This document shows, piece by piece, positions 41,683 through 52,579 of a stretch of DNA of 64,000 bases. Position 1 is the first letter of the stretch. Each line of letters opens with the position of its first letter. The DNA is from Nitrospirota bacterium (GTDB lineage Bacteria > Nitrospirota > Thermodesulfovibrionia > Thermodesulfovibrionales > Dissulfurispiraceae). The stretch spans positions 1 to 64,000 of the forward strand of contig CAVPZX010000005.1 in assembly GCA_963710375.1 (NCBI GenBank). Direction: 5' to 3'. The notes beneath the pieces were generated by a model. The model had not been told where the DNA came from, made no database searches, and was given only the letters and a program-made list of their open reading frames with translations. The position numbers and the translations under genes were made by a program.

Positions 41683-42498
41683 ATGGCTATTATTACAATA
41701 TCGAGAGGTTCTTATACAAGGGGAAAAGAAATAGCGGAAAAAGTTGCCAAAAAACTTGGCTATGACTGTGTTGCAAGGGAAACGCTGCTGGAAGCATCAA
41801 AAGAATTCAATGTGCCCGAAATTAAACTTGTAAGGGCACTTCATGATGCCCCGTCTATTTTGGACAGGTTCTCCTACGGCAAAGAAAAATTCCTTGCATT
41901 TTACCAGGCCGCTTTTCTGAAACACCTTCTAAAAGACAACATTGTCTACCATGGACTGGCAGGACACTTCCTGCTCAAAGGGGTTCATCACGTACTGAAA
42001 GTGCGAATTATTTCCGATATGGAAGATCGCGTAAAATTCGAGATGGAACGTGAAAAGATATCGGAGAAACAAGCATACAGGCTTCTAAAAAATGACGATG
42101 AAGAAAGAAGCAAATGGAGTAAATACGTGCACGGCATAGACACGAATGACCCGTCGCTTTACGACCTTGTGATCAAGACGAGAAAAATAGCCGTTGATGA
42201 CGCTGTCGATATTATTTGCTATGCTGCAAAACTTAAAGCTTTCGCCACCACGCCGGAATCTAAACAGGCATTTGACAATTTGCTTCTGGCTGCAAATGTC
42301 AAAGTAGCAATAATAGAAGTCGCGCCTGCTTCGGAAGTCCTTGCCAGAGATGGCGTTGTGAGCATTAAGACCACAAGCGCTTCCGACGAATACTCTGAGA
42401 AAGATATCACTGCTACTATTGTAGAGGCTGCACAGAAAATAGAAGGTGTCAAAAAGGTCGAAGTATACGTTATGCCTGTATTGCCCTTCAGCGCATAA
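41683..42498 (+). CDS. Cytidylate-kinase-like family protein (possible C-terminal BON-like domain)
   Basis: IITISRGSYTRGKEIA..LGY, DPSLYDLVI. Confidence 0.8.
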   Translation: MAIITISRGSYTRGKEIAEKVAKKLGYDCVARETLLEASKEFNVPEIKLVRALHDAPSILDRFSYGKEKFLAFYQAAFLKHLLKDNIVYHGLAGHFLLKGVHHVLKVRIISDMEDRVKFEMEREKISEKQAYRLLKNDDEERSKWSKYVHGIDTNDPSLYDLVIKTRKIAVDDAVDIICYAAKLKAFATTPESKQAFDNLLLAANVKVAIIEVAPASEVLARDGVVSIKTTSASDEYSEKDITATIVEAAQKIEGVKKVEVYVMPVLPFSA

Positions 42499-42611
42499 CA
42501 AATTTCATCCATTGCGGCATTAGGTTCGCGGAACTTCATTGTCTGCACCCCTGCCTTCTATACGCACAATCCTTATGAACTACGTAGTGAGATCAACCTG
42601 ACGCACGCATC

Positions 42612-42819
42612 TGCAATTCAGACAGTGTAATGAAGGATGTGTCTCTGAAGCGAATCGCGGAGTCCTGGTAACAGTTCTCGGCGAAGTGAGCGTCTAACGG
42701 GCGCAATGTCTGAGCCCGAAGGGCGAGTTTTGCGACTGTAGCGAACAAGCCGTTAGAACTGTCAGGACGTAGCGCCTGAGCGTAAGAGACATATCCTTCA
42801 TTACACTGTCTGAATTGCA
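42612..42819. repeat. ~200-bp palindromic MITE/REP-like element, copy 2 (inverted relative to copy 1)
   Basis: 35-bp inverted repeats at 42612-42646 and 42785-42819 (1 mismatch); core homologous to 5950-6149. Confidence 0.85.
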
Positions 42820-42924
42820 CTCGCACGTATCCATATGCTATATTGCGTCGCACTAATATATGATATAATATCGCATTCCGGAGGGTTTCCCTGCTCTGGT
42901 CAAAAAAGTTCCTGGAGGACTCAA

Positions 42925-44121
42925 ATTAAGAGGCTGCCTGACAAAAGGGGATACTTTGGTTCCTATGGCGGAAGATTTGCCCCTGAAACGCTTATTCCAG
43001 CTCTTGAAGAACTTGAGAAGGCTTATAATAAAGCAAAAAGGGATGCGTTGTTTCAAAAAGAACTCCGGCAATTGCAGTCAACATATATAGGAAGGCCGAC
43101 CCCCCTTTATTACGCAAAACGTCTCACGGAAAAGCTCGGCGGAGCTAAAATATATTTAAAGCGCGAAGATCTTGCTCACACAGGGGCGCACAAAATAAAC
43201 AATGCCTTGGGACAGGCCCTCCTTGCAGAGAGAATGGGCAAAAGGAGACTCATTGCGGAAACCGGCGCAGGGCAGCATGGTGTGGCAACTGCCACAGGCG
43301 CCGCACTTGTTGGGCTGCAGTGCGATATCTACATGGGAACTGTCGATATGCAGAGGCAGGCATTGAACGTATTCAGAATGAAGCTGCTTGGCGCCACTGT
43401 CAAAGAGGTGGATATCGGCTCCAGGACGCTGAAAGATGCCATTAATGAATCACTCAGGGATTGGACTACCAACGTCCGTACGACACATTATGTGCTTGGG
43501 ACCGCTTTTGGGCCTCATCCTTTTCCAATGCTGGTGAGAGACTTTCAATCAATCATCGGAAAAGAAGCGGCTGTGCAGATACGAAAAGCTGAAGGACGGC
43601 TGCCTGATTATTTGATTGCCTGTGTCGGCGGAGGAAGCAATGCAATTGGCTTATTCAATGAATTTCTTGATACAGACATCAGGATGATCGGTGTTGAGGC
43701 TGGGGGCAAGGGTATAGAGTCAGGGGAACATGCGGCACGGTTTGCCGATGGTTCAATTGGTATTTTACAGGGCTGCAAAACTTATCTGCTTCAGGACAAC
43801 GACGGCAATGTGCTGGACACCCATTCTGTTTCCGCAGGACTTGACTACGCCTCTGTCGGTCCCGAGCACTCGCATCTTAAAGAATCGGGAAGAGTAGAGT
43901 ATACCTTTGCAACTGACGATGAAGCTCTTGCGGCGTTTGAAACCCTCTCTCAGACCGAAGGCATCATCCCTGCACTTGAATCCGCCCATGCGATTGCAGA
44001 GGTAATCAAGCGTGCCCCGGCACTGCCTCGCAACAGTATAATAATTGTCAATCTTTCAGGCAGGGGAGATAAAGACGTACAACAGGTGGCAAAAATAAAG
44101 GGTATAAATCTTTGCGTGTGA
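42925..44121 (+). CDS. trpB: Tryptophan synthase beta chain; start probably ATT at 42925
   Basis: [52 protein letters not shown]. Confidence 0.95.
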   Translation: MKRLPDKRGYFGSYGGRFAPETLIPALEELEKAYNKAKRDALFQKELRQLQSTYIGRPTPLYYAKRLTEKLGGAKIYLKREDLAHTGAHKINNALGQALLAERMGKRRLIAETGAGQHGVATATGAALVGLQCDIYMGTVDMQRQALNVFRMKLLGATVKEVDIGSRTLKDAINESLRDWTTNVRTTHYVLGTAFGPHPFPMLVRDFQSIIGKEAAVQIRKAEGRLPDYLIACVGGGSNAIGLFNEFLDTDIRMIGVEAGGKGIESGEHAARFADGSIGILQGCKTYLLQDNDGNVLDTHSVSAGLDYASVGPEHSHLKESGRVEYTFATDDEALAAFETLSQTEGIIPALESAHAIAEVIKRAPALPRNSIIIVNLSGRGDKDVQQVAKIKGINLCV

Positions 44122-44930
44122 ACCCCGTGCAAAAGACCAGAATATCCACTGTGTTTGAGGCATTGCGAGCCCGGAATAAGAAGGCCTTTATCCCCTATCT
44201 TATGGCAGGCGACCCCGATGCCGCGAAAACACTGCAACAGGTTTTTCTTTTGGAGCGCTGCGGCGCTGATATCATTGAGCTGGGAGTGCCTTTCTCCGAT
44301 CCTCTTGCGGATGGCCCTACCATACAAAAAGCCGCGGGACGGGCGCTGAAATCAGGGACTACGCTCAGGAAAGTGCTCACCTTGGTCAGGGACATCAGGC
44401 TCCATACAGATGTCCCCCTGATACTGATGACATATTACAATCCCGTATTTAAATATGGAGAGGAAGCATTTGTTCATGATGCAATACAGGCGGGTGTTGA
44501 CGGCATTATCGTTCCCGACCTTCCCCCGGAAGAGGCAGGAGAGCTTATAAAGCTGTCGAGGCAAGGCTCAGGCGGAAGGCGGCTCGACACCATTTTCCTC
44601 GTTGCTCCTACCTCTACCCCAGTTCGAATAAAAAAGATAGCTGCTGCGAGCAGCGGTTTTGTATATTATGTCTCTATTACCGGCATTACCGGGGCGGCCC
44701 TGGAGCTCGATGAGGATTTCGGGAGGCATTTGGACCTTGTCAAACAGGCCACAGATAAGCCGGTAGCAGTGGGCTTTGGCATTTCGTCTCCAGATCAGGC
44801 GCGCATAGTCGCGCAGATGGCTGACGGTGTCATTGTGGGTAGCGCGCTGGTGAAGGCTTTTAACGAAACCCCCGAAAAGGCGGAAACCCTGATCAGGGGA
44901 CTGAAGGAGGCGATTAGCAGTAGGCAGTAA
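44118..44930 (+). CDS. trpA: Tryptophan synthase alpha chain
   Basis: [46 protein letters not shown]. Confidence 0.95.
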   Translation: MNPVQKTRISTVFEALRARNKKAFIPYLMAGDPDAAKTLQQVFLLERCGADIIELGVPFSDPLADGPTIQKAAGRALKSGTTLRKVLTLVRDIRLHTDVPLILMTYYNPVFKYGEEAFVHDAIQAGVDGIIVPDLPPEEAGELIKLSRQGSGGRRLDTIFLVAPTSTPVRIKKIAAASSGFVYYVSITGITGAALELDEDFGRHLDLVKQATDKPVAVGFGISSPDQARIVAQMADGVIVGSALVKAFNETPEKAETLIRGLKEAISSRQ

Positions 44931-44952
44931 GACGTAAGCAGTGCCTACTGCT
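44916..44952. repeat. Heptamer-derived hairpin at the end of trpA
   Basis: AGCAGTAGGCA / TGCCTACTGCT perfect 11-bp stem. Confidence 0.55.
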
Positions 44953-44960
44953 CATTTAAT

Positions 44961-45812
44961 ATGACTTGGTTTAAAAAGACAAAGGAGATAAAATCAGAAA
45001 AAAAAGTAAAAATCCCCGAGGGGTTATGGATAAAATGTAACAGTTGCAAGGAGATAATCTATAAAAAGGAAATTGAGAAGAATCTCCAGGTCTGTCCAAA
45101 GTGCAACTACCATTTCAGGATCAGCTCCTCCGAACGCATCCAGTTCATTGCTGACGAGGGCAGCTTTGTCGAGACAGATAGCGAACTCGCTACCGCCGAT
45201 CCGCTTGAATTTAGAGATTCCGTTACCTATAAAGAGAGACTTGAGGAAAATACTAAAAATAGCGGCTTGAAAGAAGCTGCGATATATGGTAGCGCCACGA
45301 TCAACGGCAGACCCGTTGAATTGGCTATCATGGATTTCTCCTTTATGGGTGGAAGCATGGGATCGGTGGTCGGTGAAAAAATTGCCCGCGCTGCAGAGCG
45401 CGCCCTGGAACAGAAGATACCGCTTATAACTGTTTCATCTTCAGGGGGAGCACGTATGCAGGAGGGCATGTTCTCGCTTATGCAAATGGCAAAGGTATCT
45501 GCTGCTATCGGGAGGTTAAAGGAAACCGAGCTGCCCTATATCTCCATTATTGCGGACCCCACTTTCGGAGGGGTCACCGCAAGCTTTGCCATGTTAGGCG
45601 ATATTATTATTGCTGAACCCAAGAGCCTTATCGGTTTTGCCGGCCCCAGGGTGATCGAGCAAACCATTAAACAGCAGCTTCCTGAAAACTTTCAGAGGGC
45701 TGAATTCCTGCTCGATCATGGCATGATAGACCTTGTCGTAGAGAGGAAAGAATTAAAAAATACTATATTCACTTTAATTGATCATTTGACCTACCCCCCC
45801 CAGGAATCATGA
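44961..45812 (+). CDS. accD: Acetyl-CoA carboxylase carboxyltransferase beta subunit
   Basis: PEGLWIKC..C..CPKC, FMGGSMGSVVGEK, SGGARMQEG, IGFAGPRVIEQT. Confidence 0.96.
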   Translation: MTWFKKTKEIKSEKKVKIPEGLWIKCNSCKEIIYKKEIEKNLQVCPKCNYHFRISSSERIQFIADEGSFVETDSELATADPLEFRDSVTYKERLEENTKNSGLKEAAIYGSATINGRPVELAIMDFSFMGGSMGSVVGEKIARAAERALEQKIPLITVSSSGGARMQEGMFSLMQMAKVSAAIGRLKETELPYISIIADPTFGGVTASFAMLGDIIIAEPKSLIGFAGPRVIEQTIKQQLPENFQRAEFLLDHGMIDLVVERKELKNTIFTLIDHLTYPPQES

Positions 45813-47170
45813 GTTATACCGGCGCTATCCAGTATCTGTTCGACCTGCAGAAATACAGCATAAAGCTTGGGCTTGAAAGGACGGAACAATTCCTCGCCGT
45901 TCTGGGCAATCCTCACCACCGTTTCCATTCAGTGCATGTTGCAGGCACAAACGGAAAAGGCTCAGTTGCTGCAATGGTCGCTTCAATGCTCACGTCCTGT
46001 GGTTTCAGGGTCGGGCTCTTTACCTCACCGCACATGGTCAGCTTCACAGAAAGAATTCGAATTAATGCCTCTCAAATATCTGAAACAGAAGTGGTAAAGC
46101 TAACAGGGGAAATCAAAGAAAAAATATCTGCCGTTGCTGCCGGTATAGGAGAGCCGACATTTTTTGAGTTTATAACTGTCATGGCTTTTCTCTATTTCGC
46201 CCGAAACAACGTTGACTGGTCGGTCATAGAGGTAGGCATGGGAGGCAGGCTGGATGCGACAAACCTGATACTGCCGGAGGTTTCTGTTATTACCGGCATC
46301 AGTTATGACCACAAAGAGTTCCTCGGGAATTCCCTAACCGATATTGCTTCGGAGAAGGCAGGAATTATAAAAAACGGTGTTCCGGTTGTTTGTTCAGCGC
46401 AGGAACCCGAAGTGGAGCTGATTCTGCGCAAAAAAACAGATGAGTCATCGTCCCCTTTTTTCATCTATGGAAAGGACTTCAGCGGCACTCTAAGGTCAAC
46501 AGATATCACAGGGACCAGTTTCGACTACAACAGTGAGGGTCATACCTTTACCGAGCTGCATGTCCCACTGGCCGGAGAACACCAGGTAATCAACGCATGC
46601 GTTGCAATACAGGCATTTTTGTTGTGCAGTGAGCATGGCGCACAACGCTTAACGCCTGACGCTGTCAGGGAAGGCCTTGCTGCTGCCAGGTGGCAGGGAA
46701 GACTCGAACTTGTTGATGGTGACCCTGGTGAGACGCCGATCATACTTGATGGTGCTCATAATCCTCATGCCGCGTCTGCCCTTGCAGAATTTATAAGTAA
46801 ACAGTTCATGACTTATCGTGTTATCCTCATCGCCGGTATAATGTCCGACAAAGATATTGCAGGCATCCTTGCACCACTTCTGCCTATTGCATCGGATATA
46901 ATTTTTACCGCACCCAATTACGGAAGGTCAGCACCACCCGGACTTCTAGCCGAACACGCGGCATCGCTGGGCTTTCAGTCCACAGTTACCCTTTCCATAG
47001 GCGATGCAATTGCGACAGCCAAAAAAATCGCGTCTTCCCCTCCGTCAAATCTTTCTGCTCCGGCGGTTATTTTAATTACGGGTTCTTTTTTCACGATAGG
47101 GGAGGCAAAAGAGCTGCTTGGAGAAAGAGCTGTATTGAGGGACTTAAGGGAGAACTTTAACCGTGTATAA
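45809..47170 (+). CDS. folC: Folylpolyglutamate synthase/dihydrofolate synthase
   Basis: HVAGTNGKGS, FTSPH..ERIRIN, EVGMGGRLDATN, LDGAHNP. Confidence 0.95.
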   Translation: MSYTGAIQYLFDLQKYSIKLGLERTEQFLAVLGNPHHRFHSVHVAGTNGKGSVAAMVASMLTSCGFRVGLFTSPHMVSFTERIRINASQISETEVVKLTGEIKEKISAVAAGIGEPTFFEFITVMAFLYFARNNVDWSVIEVGMGGRLDATNLILPEVSVITGISYDHKEFLGNSLTDIASEKAGIIKNGVPVVCSAQEPEVELILRKKTDESSSPFFIYGKDFSGTLRSTDITGTSFDYNSEGHTFTELHVPLAGEHQVINACVAIQAFLLCSEHGAQRLTPDAVREGLAAARWQGRLELVDGDPGETPIILDGAHNPHAASALAEFISKQFMTYRVILIAGIMSDKDIAGILAPLLPIASDIIFTAPNYGRSAPPGLLAEHAASLGFQSTVTLSIGDAIATAKKIASSPPSNLSAPAVILITGSFFTIGEAKELLGERAVLRDLRENFNRV

Positions 47171-49391
47171 ATTCCTATCATGTTCTGTTTTTTTTATGGC
47201 CTGCCTGTTCACGTGCGTCTCATCTCTCCATGCCGAGCCACCGACAACAATCACCTCAGACTATATGGAACACTTTGAGGATGACGATAAGTACGTTGCG
47301 GTTGGGAACGTTAAGTTTCAAAAAGAGAAAACTGTTGTTTATGCCGACAAGGCAGTCTTCTTTGCAAAAGCCGACCATGTGGAGGCAGAAGGTCATGTTA
47401 TTTATGAGGACCAGGCTACTTTGATAAATGCACAACGCGCCGAACTTAATATGGATACGAACACCGGAAGAATGTTCAATGCGGTTATAGTCCTGAAAGA
47501 CCAAAAGGGCCTGGAAAAAAAAGGAACAAGCAAGAAAATTGATTTCTGGATCAACAGTGCTAAAGTAGAAAAGATCAGTGAGAATCATTACTATACATCG
47601 GAAGCAACCTTTACCTCTTGCGAAACCATAGCTGAAACCGAAGGCCGTTACCAGAGTCCTTCTGATTTCAAAGTGTTTGGTCCCAACAACCCCGACTGGT
47701 GCTTTAAAGGCAGCAATGTCGACATTCTGATCGGCGACAGGATTGCCGGCAACGACATGGTGTATCGTGTTAAAGGCTTGCCGGTTATCTACTCCCCTTA
47801 TTTCCGGGCGCCTGAGGGCACTGAGCGCGCAACCGGATTGTTATCCCCGGTTCTCGGCAACTCCAACGTAAAGGGCTTTCAATTCAGCCCTGGATTTTTT
47901 TGGGCCATAGATGAGAACAAGGATGCAACATTGACCCTTGATTATTTCAGCAAACGGGGCGTCGGAGAAGGGCTTGAATACAGGTACCTCGATTTTGACG
48001 ACAAAGGGAAGTGGTATGTGTATCACCTCGATGATAAACAGGAGCACAAAACCGATTATGTAGTGAAAGGTATGCATAACCAGAATTTCGGCGACATAAC
48101 GGTCTTTGCAGATATCAATTATGTGAATCAGTGGGATTATTACAATCAATTTTCCAGAAACCGAAACGAAAGGGTCGAACGGTACACTCAGTCCTCAGCA
48201 GAAATTTCAGCCCCCTTCGGTGATTCACGGCTTTACCTGCTTGGGCAATACTGGGTGGACCTGGAAGTACCGCCTCAGTTGCAGGTCCCGCCTCTGCAGG
48301 CGCAGACTGTCCCCCAGCGGCTGCCGGAGCTGGGATATGTTGTGAACCCAACGAGGATAGGGCCGATGATGTTTTCCATGAATTCCAGCATTACCGCTTT
48401 TACCAGATCGAATTCCAATATTGACGATTACACAAGAGTAAAGGATGTGAGCGGCCAGAGGCTGGATATCAATCCCAAGATCTCTTATACGTTTGGAGAT
48501 TCAGTACGCTTATTCCAGTCACTATCAGGACGCGAAACCGCCTATAGCCTCACGAATTTTGCAACAGACCTTGGAACAGCCTCAGGTTCCGACATTCATC
48601 ATGAATCCTACGACTATGAGGCAATCGCATTAACGCGGTTTTTTAAACAATATGAAACAGGCATACATGTCATTGAGCCGTCGCTTTCATTTTCCTATAT
48701 GCCGGGTCACTCTCATCCCCTGCCGCTTTTTGATTCCGTTGACGTGCAAAGTAGTGCTAACTATTCGCAACCCTCAGCAACAACAGCATTGATCAATAAA
48801 ACAGCTTTGGCGCAATTTTCTGTCCTGAATACGCTTGCATTAAAAGGCTTCTCTATAACAGCTCGACTCACTCAGCCTTATGCTTTCAATACAGTTGCCC
48901 CTGCAGTTGCCAATGACATTAGTCCAGTCCTTACCGCTCATTCCCTTCAGCCTACTGTGCTGCAAGGCAATATCACCAGAGGGCTCATCAGCCTGGGCCT
49001 GTCGATGTCGGAGGACTTGAATACCTTTAAAGAGCAGACCTCCAACGCGGTCCTTTCCGCAACGGTTGCAGAAGGTACGACAGTCTCCATTTCTCGGTAT
49101 TATGCATTTGCTGTTCCGGTCAGTACACTGCAATACAATGCCGGCTTCTCCACTGTCCTGAGCAAAACCTGGACAGCTGTCGGGAATGTGTGGTACGCCC
49201 AGAATCAGGGGGGGATACAGGACTTTGCACTTCACGCAATTTATACCGCAAAATGCTGGGGGTTCGATGTATTATTCGAGAGGAAGCCGCCGGATACGAT
49301 ACATCCTCCGGAATACAGTTTGACTTTTCTTGTTCAATTAAAAGGCTTCGGAGGTTTGAAGCTCTATGGATTTAGTAGTTCAATTCAATAA
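47163..49391 (+). CDS. lptD: LPS-assembly protein LptD
   Basis: Signal peptide, OstA-like N-terminus, TFTSC..PDW, R.TGLL.P, QRLPEL, ..CWG.. barrel end. Confidence 0.85.
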   Translation: MYKFLSCSVFFMACLFTCVSSLHAEPPTTITSDYMEHFEDDDKYVAVGNVKFQKEKTVVYADKAVFFAKADHVEAEGHVIYEDQATLINAQRAELNMDTNTGRMFNAVIVLKDQKGLEKKGTSKKIDFWINSAKVEKISENHYYTSEATFTSCETIAETEGRYQSPSDFKVFGPNNPDWCFKGSNVDILIGDRIAGNDMVYRVKGLPVIYSPYFRAPEGTERATGLLSPVLGNSNVKGFQFSPGFFWAIDENKDATLTLDYFSKRGVGEGLEYRYLDFDDKGKWYVYHLDDKQEHKTDYVVKGMHNQNFGDITVFADINYVNQWDYYNQFSRNRNERVERYTQSSAEISAPFGDSRLYLLGQYWVDLEVPPQLQVPPLQAQTVPQRLPELGYVVNPTRIGPMMFSMNSSITAFTRSNSNIDDYTRVKDVSGQRLDINPKISYTFGDSVRLFQSLSGRETAYSLTNFATDLGTASGSDIHHESYDYEAIALTRFFKQYETGIHVIEPSLSFSYMPGHSHPLPLFDSVDVQSSANYSQPSATTALINKTALAQFSVLNTLALKGFSITARLTQPYAFNTVAPAVANDISPVLTAHSLQPTVLQGNITRGLISLGLSMSEDLNTFKEQTSNAVLSATVAEGTTVSISRYYAFAVPVSTLQYNAGFSTVLSKTWTAVGNVWYAQNQGGIQDFALHAIYTAKCWGFDVLFERKPPDTIHPPEYSLTFLVQLKGFGGLKLYGFSSSIQ

Positions 49392-50256
49392 AAGCGGTAA
49401 CAGCACCTCGCATGATGCTGTTGCCGCCGTAAAAAAGCTGTTCAAAGTCCGAAAGGCAGGTCACGCAGGCACACTTGATCCGCTTGCCACCGGCATCCTT
49501 CTCATATGCCTTAACGAGGCGACGAAGATTACCGGTTACCTGTCTGATCTGGATAAGGAATACATAGTAACTGCAAGGCTTGGTGAGTCCACCGATACTT
49601 ATGACACCGAAGGCACGATAACGCGTCAATCCTCAGCGGCGCTCGCGGTCACACGGAAAGAGGTGGAAACAACGTTGTCGGAATTTACCGGTGAGATAGA
49701 ACAAACGCCGCCTATGTTTTCGGCAGTCAAGATGAACGGAAGGCCTCTGTATGAACTCGCAAGAAAGGGGATTGTTGTTGATAGAAAACCGAGGGTCGTA
49801 ATGGTACGTTCGATAGAAATTATAGAATTTAAAATGCCATATCTCCGCCTGAGGGTTTCTTGTTCAAAAGGGACGTATATACGGTCGCTATGCAATGATA
49901 TCGGAGACGCCCTCGGTGTAGGCGCACACGTTACCGAACTTGCGCGGACCAGGATCGGTGATTTCACTCTGGAGAATGCCGCCGCAATCGACGAATTGCC
50001 ACAAAAGACAGAGGCCCTGCATACAATTGATGCTGCGTTAAAGCATCTGTGTGAAATACGTCTGAATGGCGACGAATACATGCGCGCAATAAATGGCAGC
50101 CCTGTCCCATTTGCTGAAGCGGAGGACCGGAGAACAGGAGGAATGGAGAGTCTGCGCTCAGCGTTTGTAAGGCTTAGGAATCCTGAGGGGAATATTTTTG
50201 GTATTGGAAAAGTTGCTGCAACCTCGATTAAGATAGAGAGGCTGTTTAAAATATAA
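49366..50256 (+). CDS. truB: tRNA pseudouridine(55) synthase
   Basis: TSHD, KAGHAGTLDPLATG, QTPPMFSAVK..GRPLYELARKG, CSKGTYIRSL. Confidence 0.95.
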   Translation: MDLVVQFNKSGNSTSHDAVAAVKKLFKVRKAGHAGTLDPLATGILLICLNEATKITGYLSDLDKEYIVTARLGESTDTYDTEGTITRQSSAALAVTRKEVETTLSEFTGEIEQTPPMFSAVKMNGRPLYELARKGIVVDRKPRVVMVRSIEIIEFKMPYLRLRVSCSKGTYIRSLCNDIGDALGVGAHVTELARTRIGDFTLENAAAIDELPQKTEALHTIDAALKHLCEIRLNGDEYMRAINGSPVPFAEAEDRRTGGMESLRSAFVRLRNPEGNIFGIGKVAATSIKIERLFKI

Positions 50257-50260
50257 AAAG

Positions 50261-50350
50261 ACAGGCAATAGGCGATGGGCTATAGGCTATAGGAAAAGAA
50301 TAGCGGTTTTTCTTTAACCCATTGCCCATCGCCTATTGCCAATAGCCTGT
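50261..50350. repeat. Inverted array of 7-nt repeats (AGGCNAT)n ... (ATNGCCY)n
   Basis: aggcaat aggcgat gggctat aggctat ... attgccc atcgcct attgcca atagcct, between truB and purB. Confidence 0.7.
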
Positions 50351-50366
50351 AATTAAGGAGAATGAG

Positions 50367-51665
50367 ATGATAGCCCGTTACACACGTCCGGAAATGGGAA
50401 GAATATGGGACCTGGACAGCAAGTATCAAAAATGGCTTGAGGTTGAAATTGCGGTATGCGAGGCATGGGCCGAAATGGGGGGGATCCCTGCCGGGGCCTT
50501 AGAGATCATAAAAGATAAGGCAGGTTTCGATATCGGAAGGATTGATGAAATTGAAAAGACCGTAAAGCACGATGTTATCTCTTTCCTCACCTCTCTAGCT
50601 GAACATGTTGGTCCTGAATCCAGATTTATTCACAAAGGACTAACATCGTCCGATGTGGTCGATACCGCTCTTTCCCTACTCATTATGCAAGCGGCCGATA
50701 TCATAATTGATGATCTCAAAGAACTGATGAGCGTTCTGAAAAAGCAGGCATTTGATTATAAGGACACCCCATGCATGGGAAGAAGCCATGGCATTCATGC
50801 CGAGCCAATGACATTCGGATTGAAGTTTTCTCTATGGTATGAGGACACAAAAAGAAATCTCCGGAGAATTGAGCAGGCAAAGAAGACCATGGCCACCGGC
50901 AAGATTTCAGGTGCTGTAGGCACCTTTTCAAATATTCCTCCGGAACTGGAAGGAAAGGTGTGCAAAAGACTCGGCCTGGAGCCCGAACCGGTTGCAACAC
51001 AGGTCATTCAAAGGGACCGACACGCTGAGTTTATGACCTCGCTTGCGCTCATTGCGGCAGGCGTCGAGAAGATTGCCGTTGAAATTCGGCATCTGCAGAG
51101 GACAGAAGTACTTGAAGCAGAGGAGCCTTTTTCAGCAGGGCAGAAAGGTTCATCCGCCATGCCCCATAAGAGAAATCCGGTGGGATCTGAAAACCTCTCA
51201 GGGCTCGCCCGGCTGGTCCGCTCCAATGCCATTGCTGCAATGGAAGATATCGCCCTCTGGCATGAAAGGGACATATCCCACTCCTCGGTGGAAAGAATCA
51301 TAATTCCCGACAGCACCATCCTAGTTGATTATATGCTCGACCGGCTGACCGTCATACTGAGAGACCTCCATATATATCCGCAAAAAATGCAGGAGAATAT
51401 CGATAGGAGCTATGGGCTCTACAATTCCCAGCGTGTCTTGCTGGCCCTTGTAGAGAAGGGAGTTTCGCGCGAGGATGCGTATAGTTTGGTCCAGAGGAAT
51501 GCGATGGAAAGCTGGAGCAGAGGGGTAAGCTTTATGAAACTGCTCCAGAAAGACAGTGACATCAGCAAATATCTGTCTCCAAGCGAAATAGAGGCGATAT
51601 TCGATTTAAAATATTACCTGAGGCACATTGATTTCATTTTCAGGCGTGTCTTTAATGAAGGCTGA
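50367..51665 (+). CDS. purB: Adenylosuccinate lyase
   Basis: MIARYTRPEM, HKGLTSSD, GRSHGIHAEP, GSSAMPHKRNP, LWHERDISHSS. Confidence 0.97.
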   Translation: MIARYTRPEMGRIWDLDSKYQKWLEVEIAVCEAWAEMGGIPAGALEIIKDKAGFDIGRIDEIEKTVKHDVISFLTSLAEHVGPESRFIHKGLTSSDVVDTALSLLIMQAADIIIDDLKELMSVLKKQAFDYKDTPCMGRSHGIHAEPMTFGLKFSLWYEDTKRNLRRIEQAKKTMATGKISGAVGTFSNIPPELEGKVCKRLGLEPEPVATQVIQRDRHAEFMTSLALIAAGVEKIAVEIRHLQRTEVLEAEEPFSAGQKGSSAMPHKRNPVGSENLSGLARLVRSNAIAAMEDIALWHERDISHSSVERIIIPDSTILVDYMLDRLTVILRDLHIYPQKMQENIDRSYGLYNSQRVLLALVEKGVSREDAYSLVQRNAMESWSRGVSFMKLLQKDSDISKYLSPSEIEAIFDLKYYLRHIDFIFRRVFNEG

Positions 51666-51838
51666 CCCACATTATTCATAAATTTATACAAGAAGCAGTC
51701 AGGCCACAGTGCTTCACTCATTCTCGCAAGGCATCCAGCCTTGCTCCGAGGCTATGACAGCCTGTTTCACCATCCTTGGTGTCACTTAGGCTGTCAAAGT
51801 CCGCTCAGCACCATGTCCCGCCTGCTTCTCGTATAAAT

Positions 51839-52510
51839 TTATGAATAATGTGGGTTAGCGTTTTTTTTGCACGGCTTTAGCCTTGGAATGAACATGGGGA
51901 CGCTCTGAGTGTAGTTCACATATTCGGCGCCGAATTTCTCTTTAAGCCTTTTCTCTTCCGTAACGGCCCCATAAATAAAATAAGCATCGGCAAGAATCGC
52001 CACGGTCAGCCAGTTGCGGGTTATATTGGGTTCAAAGGTAAAAATAATAATGCCGGCCAGATAGAGCGGATGCCTCACAAGGCCATAAGTGCCCCAGGTT
52101 ATAAGCCGGTCAACAGTAAGCCCTTCGATATTTCCTGATGGGGCCTCTCCTTTCACGTAACGCCATGCCTGTCTGAACCCGAGGAATTCCCGAAAATCGA
52201 GCACCCTGACTGTCAACATCGCCAGCAGCAGCCCTGAAAGTTGAACCATGTGCATAAGCCATCTGAATAATGCCGGTCCTTTGAATAGGACATGATCGTC
52301 TAGGGAGTAAATAAGCCCGAAAGCTGCACCCGTAGTAAGTGCACTGAAAATGGTATAAGAAAGGCGGTAAAAGGATTTTACAAACGCTTCGCCAACTGCC
52401 TTCCGAACAAATCCCTTTATGGAATCCTGCACGCAGAGACTGTGGATGAAAGCAAACGCAATGAAAATCACGGTGGTTGCCAGGACCGTTACCACTAAAA
52501 TTTGTACCAT
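51839..52510 (-). CDS. Isoprenylcysteine carboxylmethyltransferase/NnrU-like membrane protein
   Basis: TM helices; G.YGLVRHPLY, EEKRL..KFG.EY..Y...VP. Confidence 0.8.
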   Translation of the reverse strand: MVQILVVTVLATTVIFIAFAFIHSLCVQDSIKGFVRKAVGEAFVKSFYRLSYTIFSALTTGAAFGLIYSLDDHVLFKGPALFRWLMHMVQLSGLLLAMLTVRVLDFREFLGFRQAWRYVKGEAPSGNIEGLTVDRLITWGTYGLVRHPLYLAGIIIFTFEPNITRNWLTVAILADAYFIYGAVTEEKRLKEKFGAEYVNYTQSVPMFIPRLKPCKKNANPHYS

Positions 52511-52579
52511 ATATAAACTGTTTTGTCTACAGAGGCTTATTTGTTATACTAATTGAAAGTTTGTCTGGAGGTGTAATCG

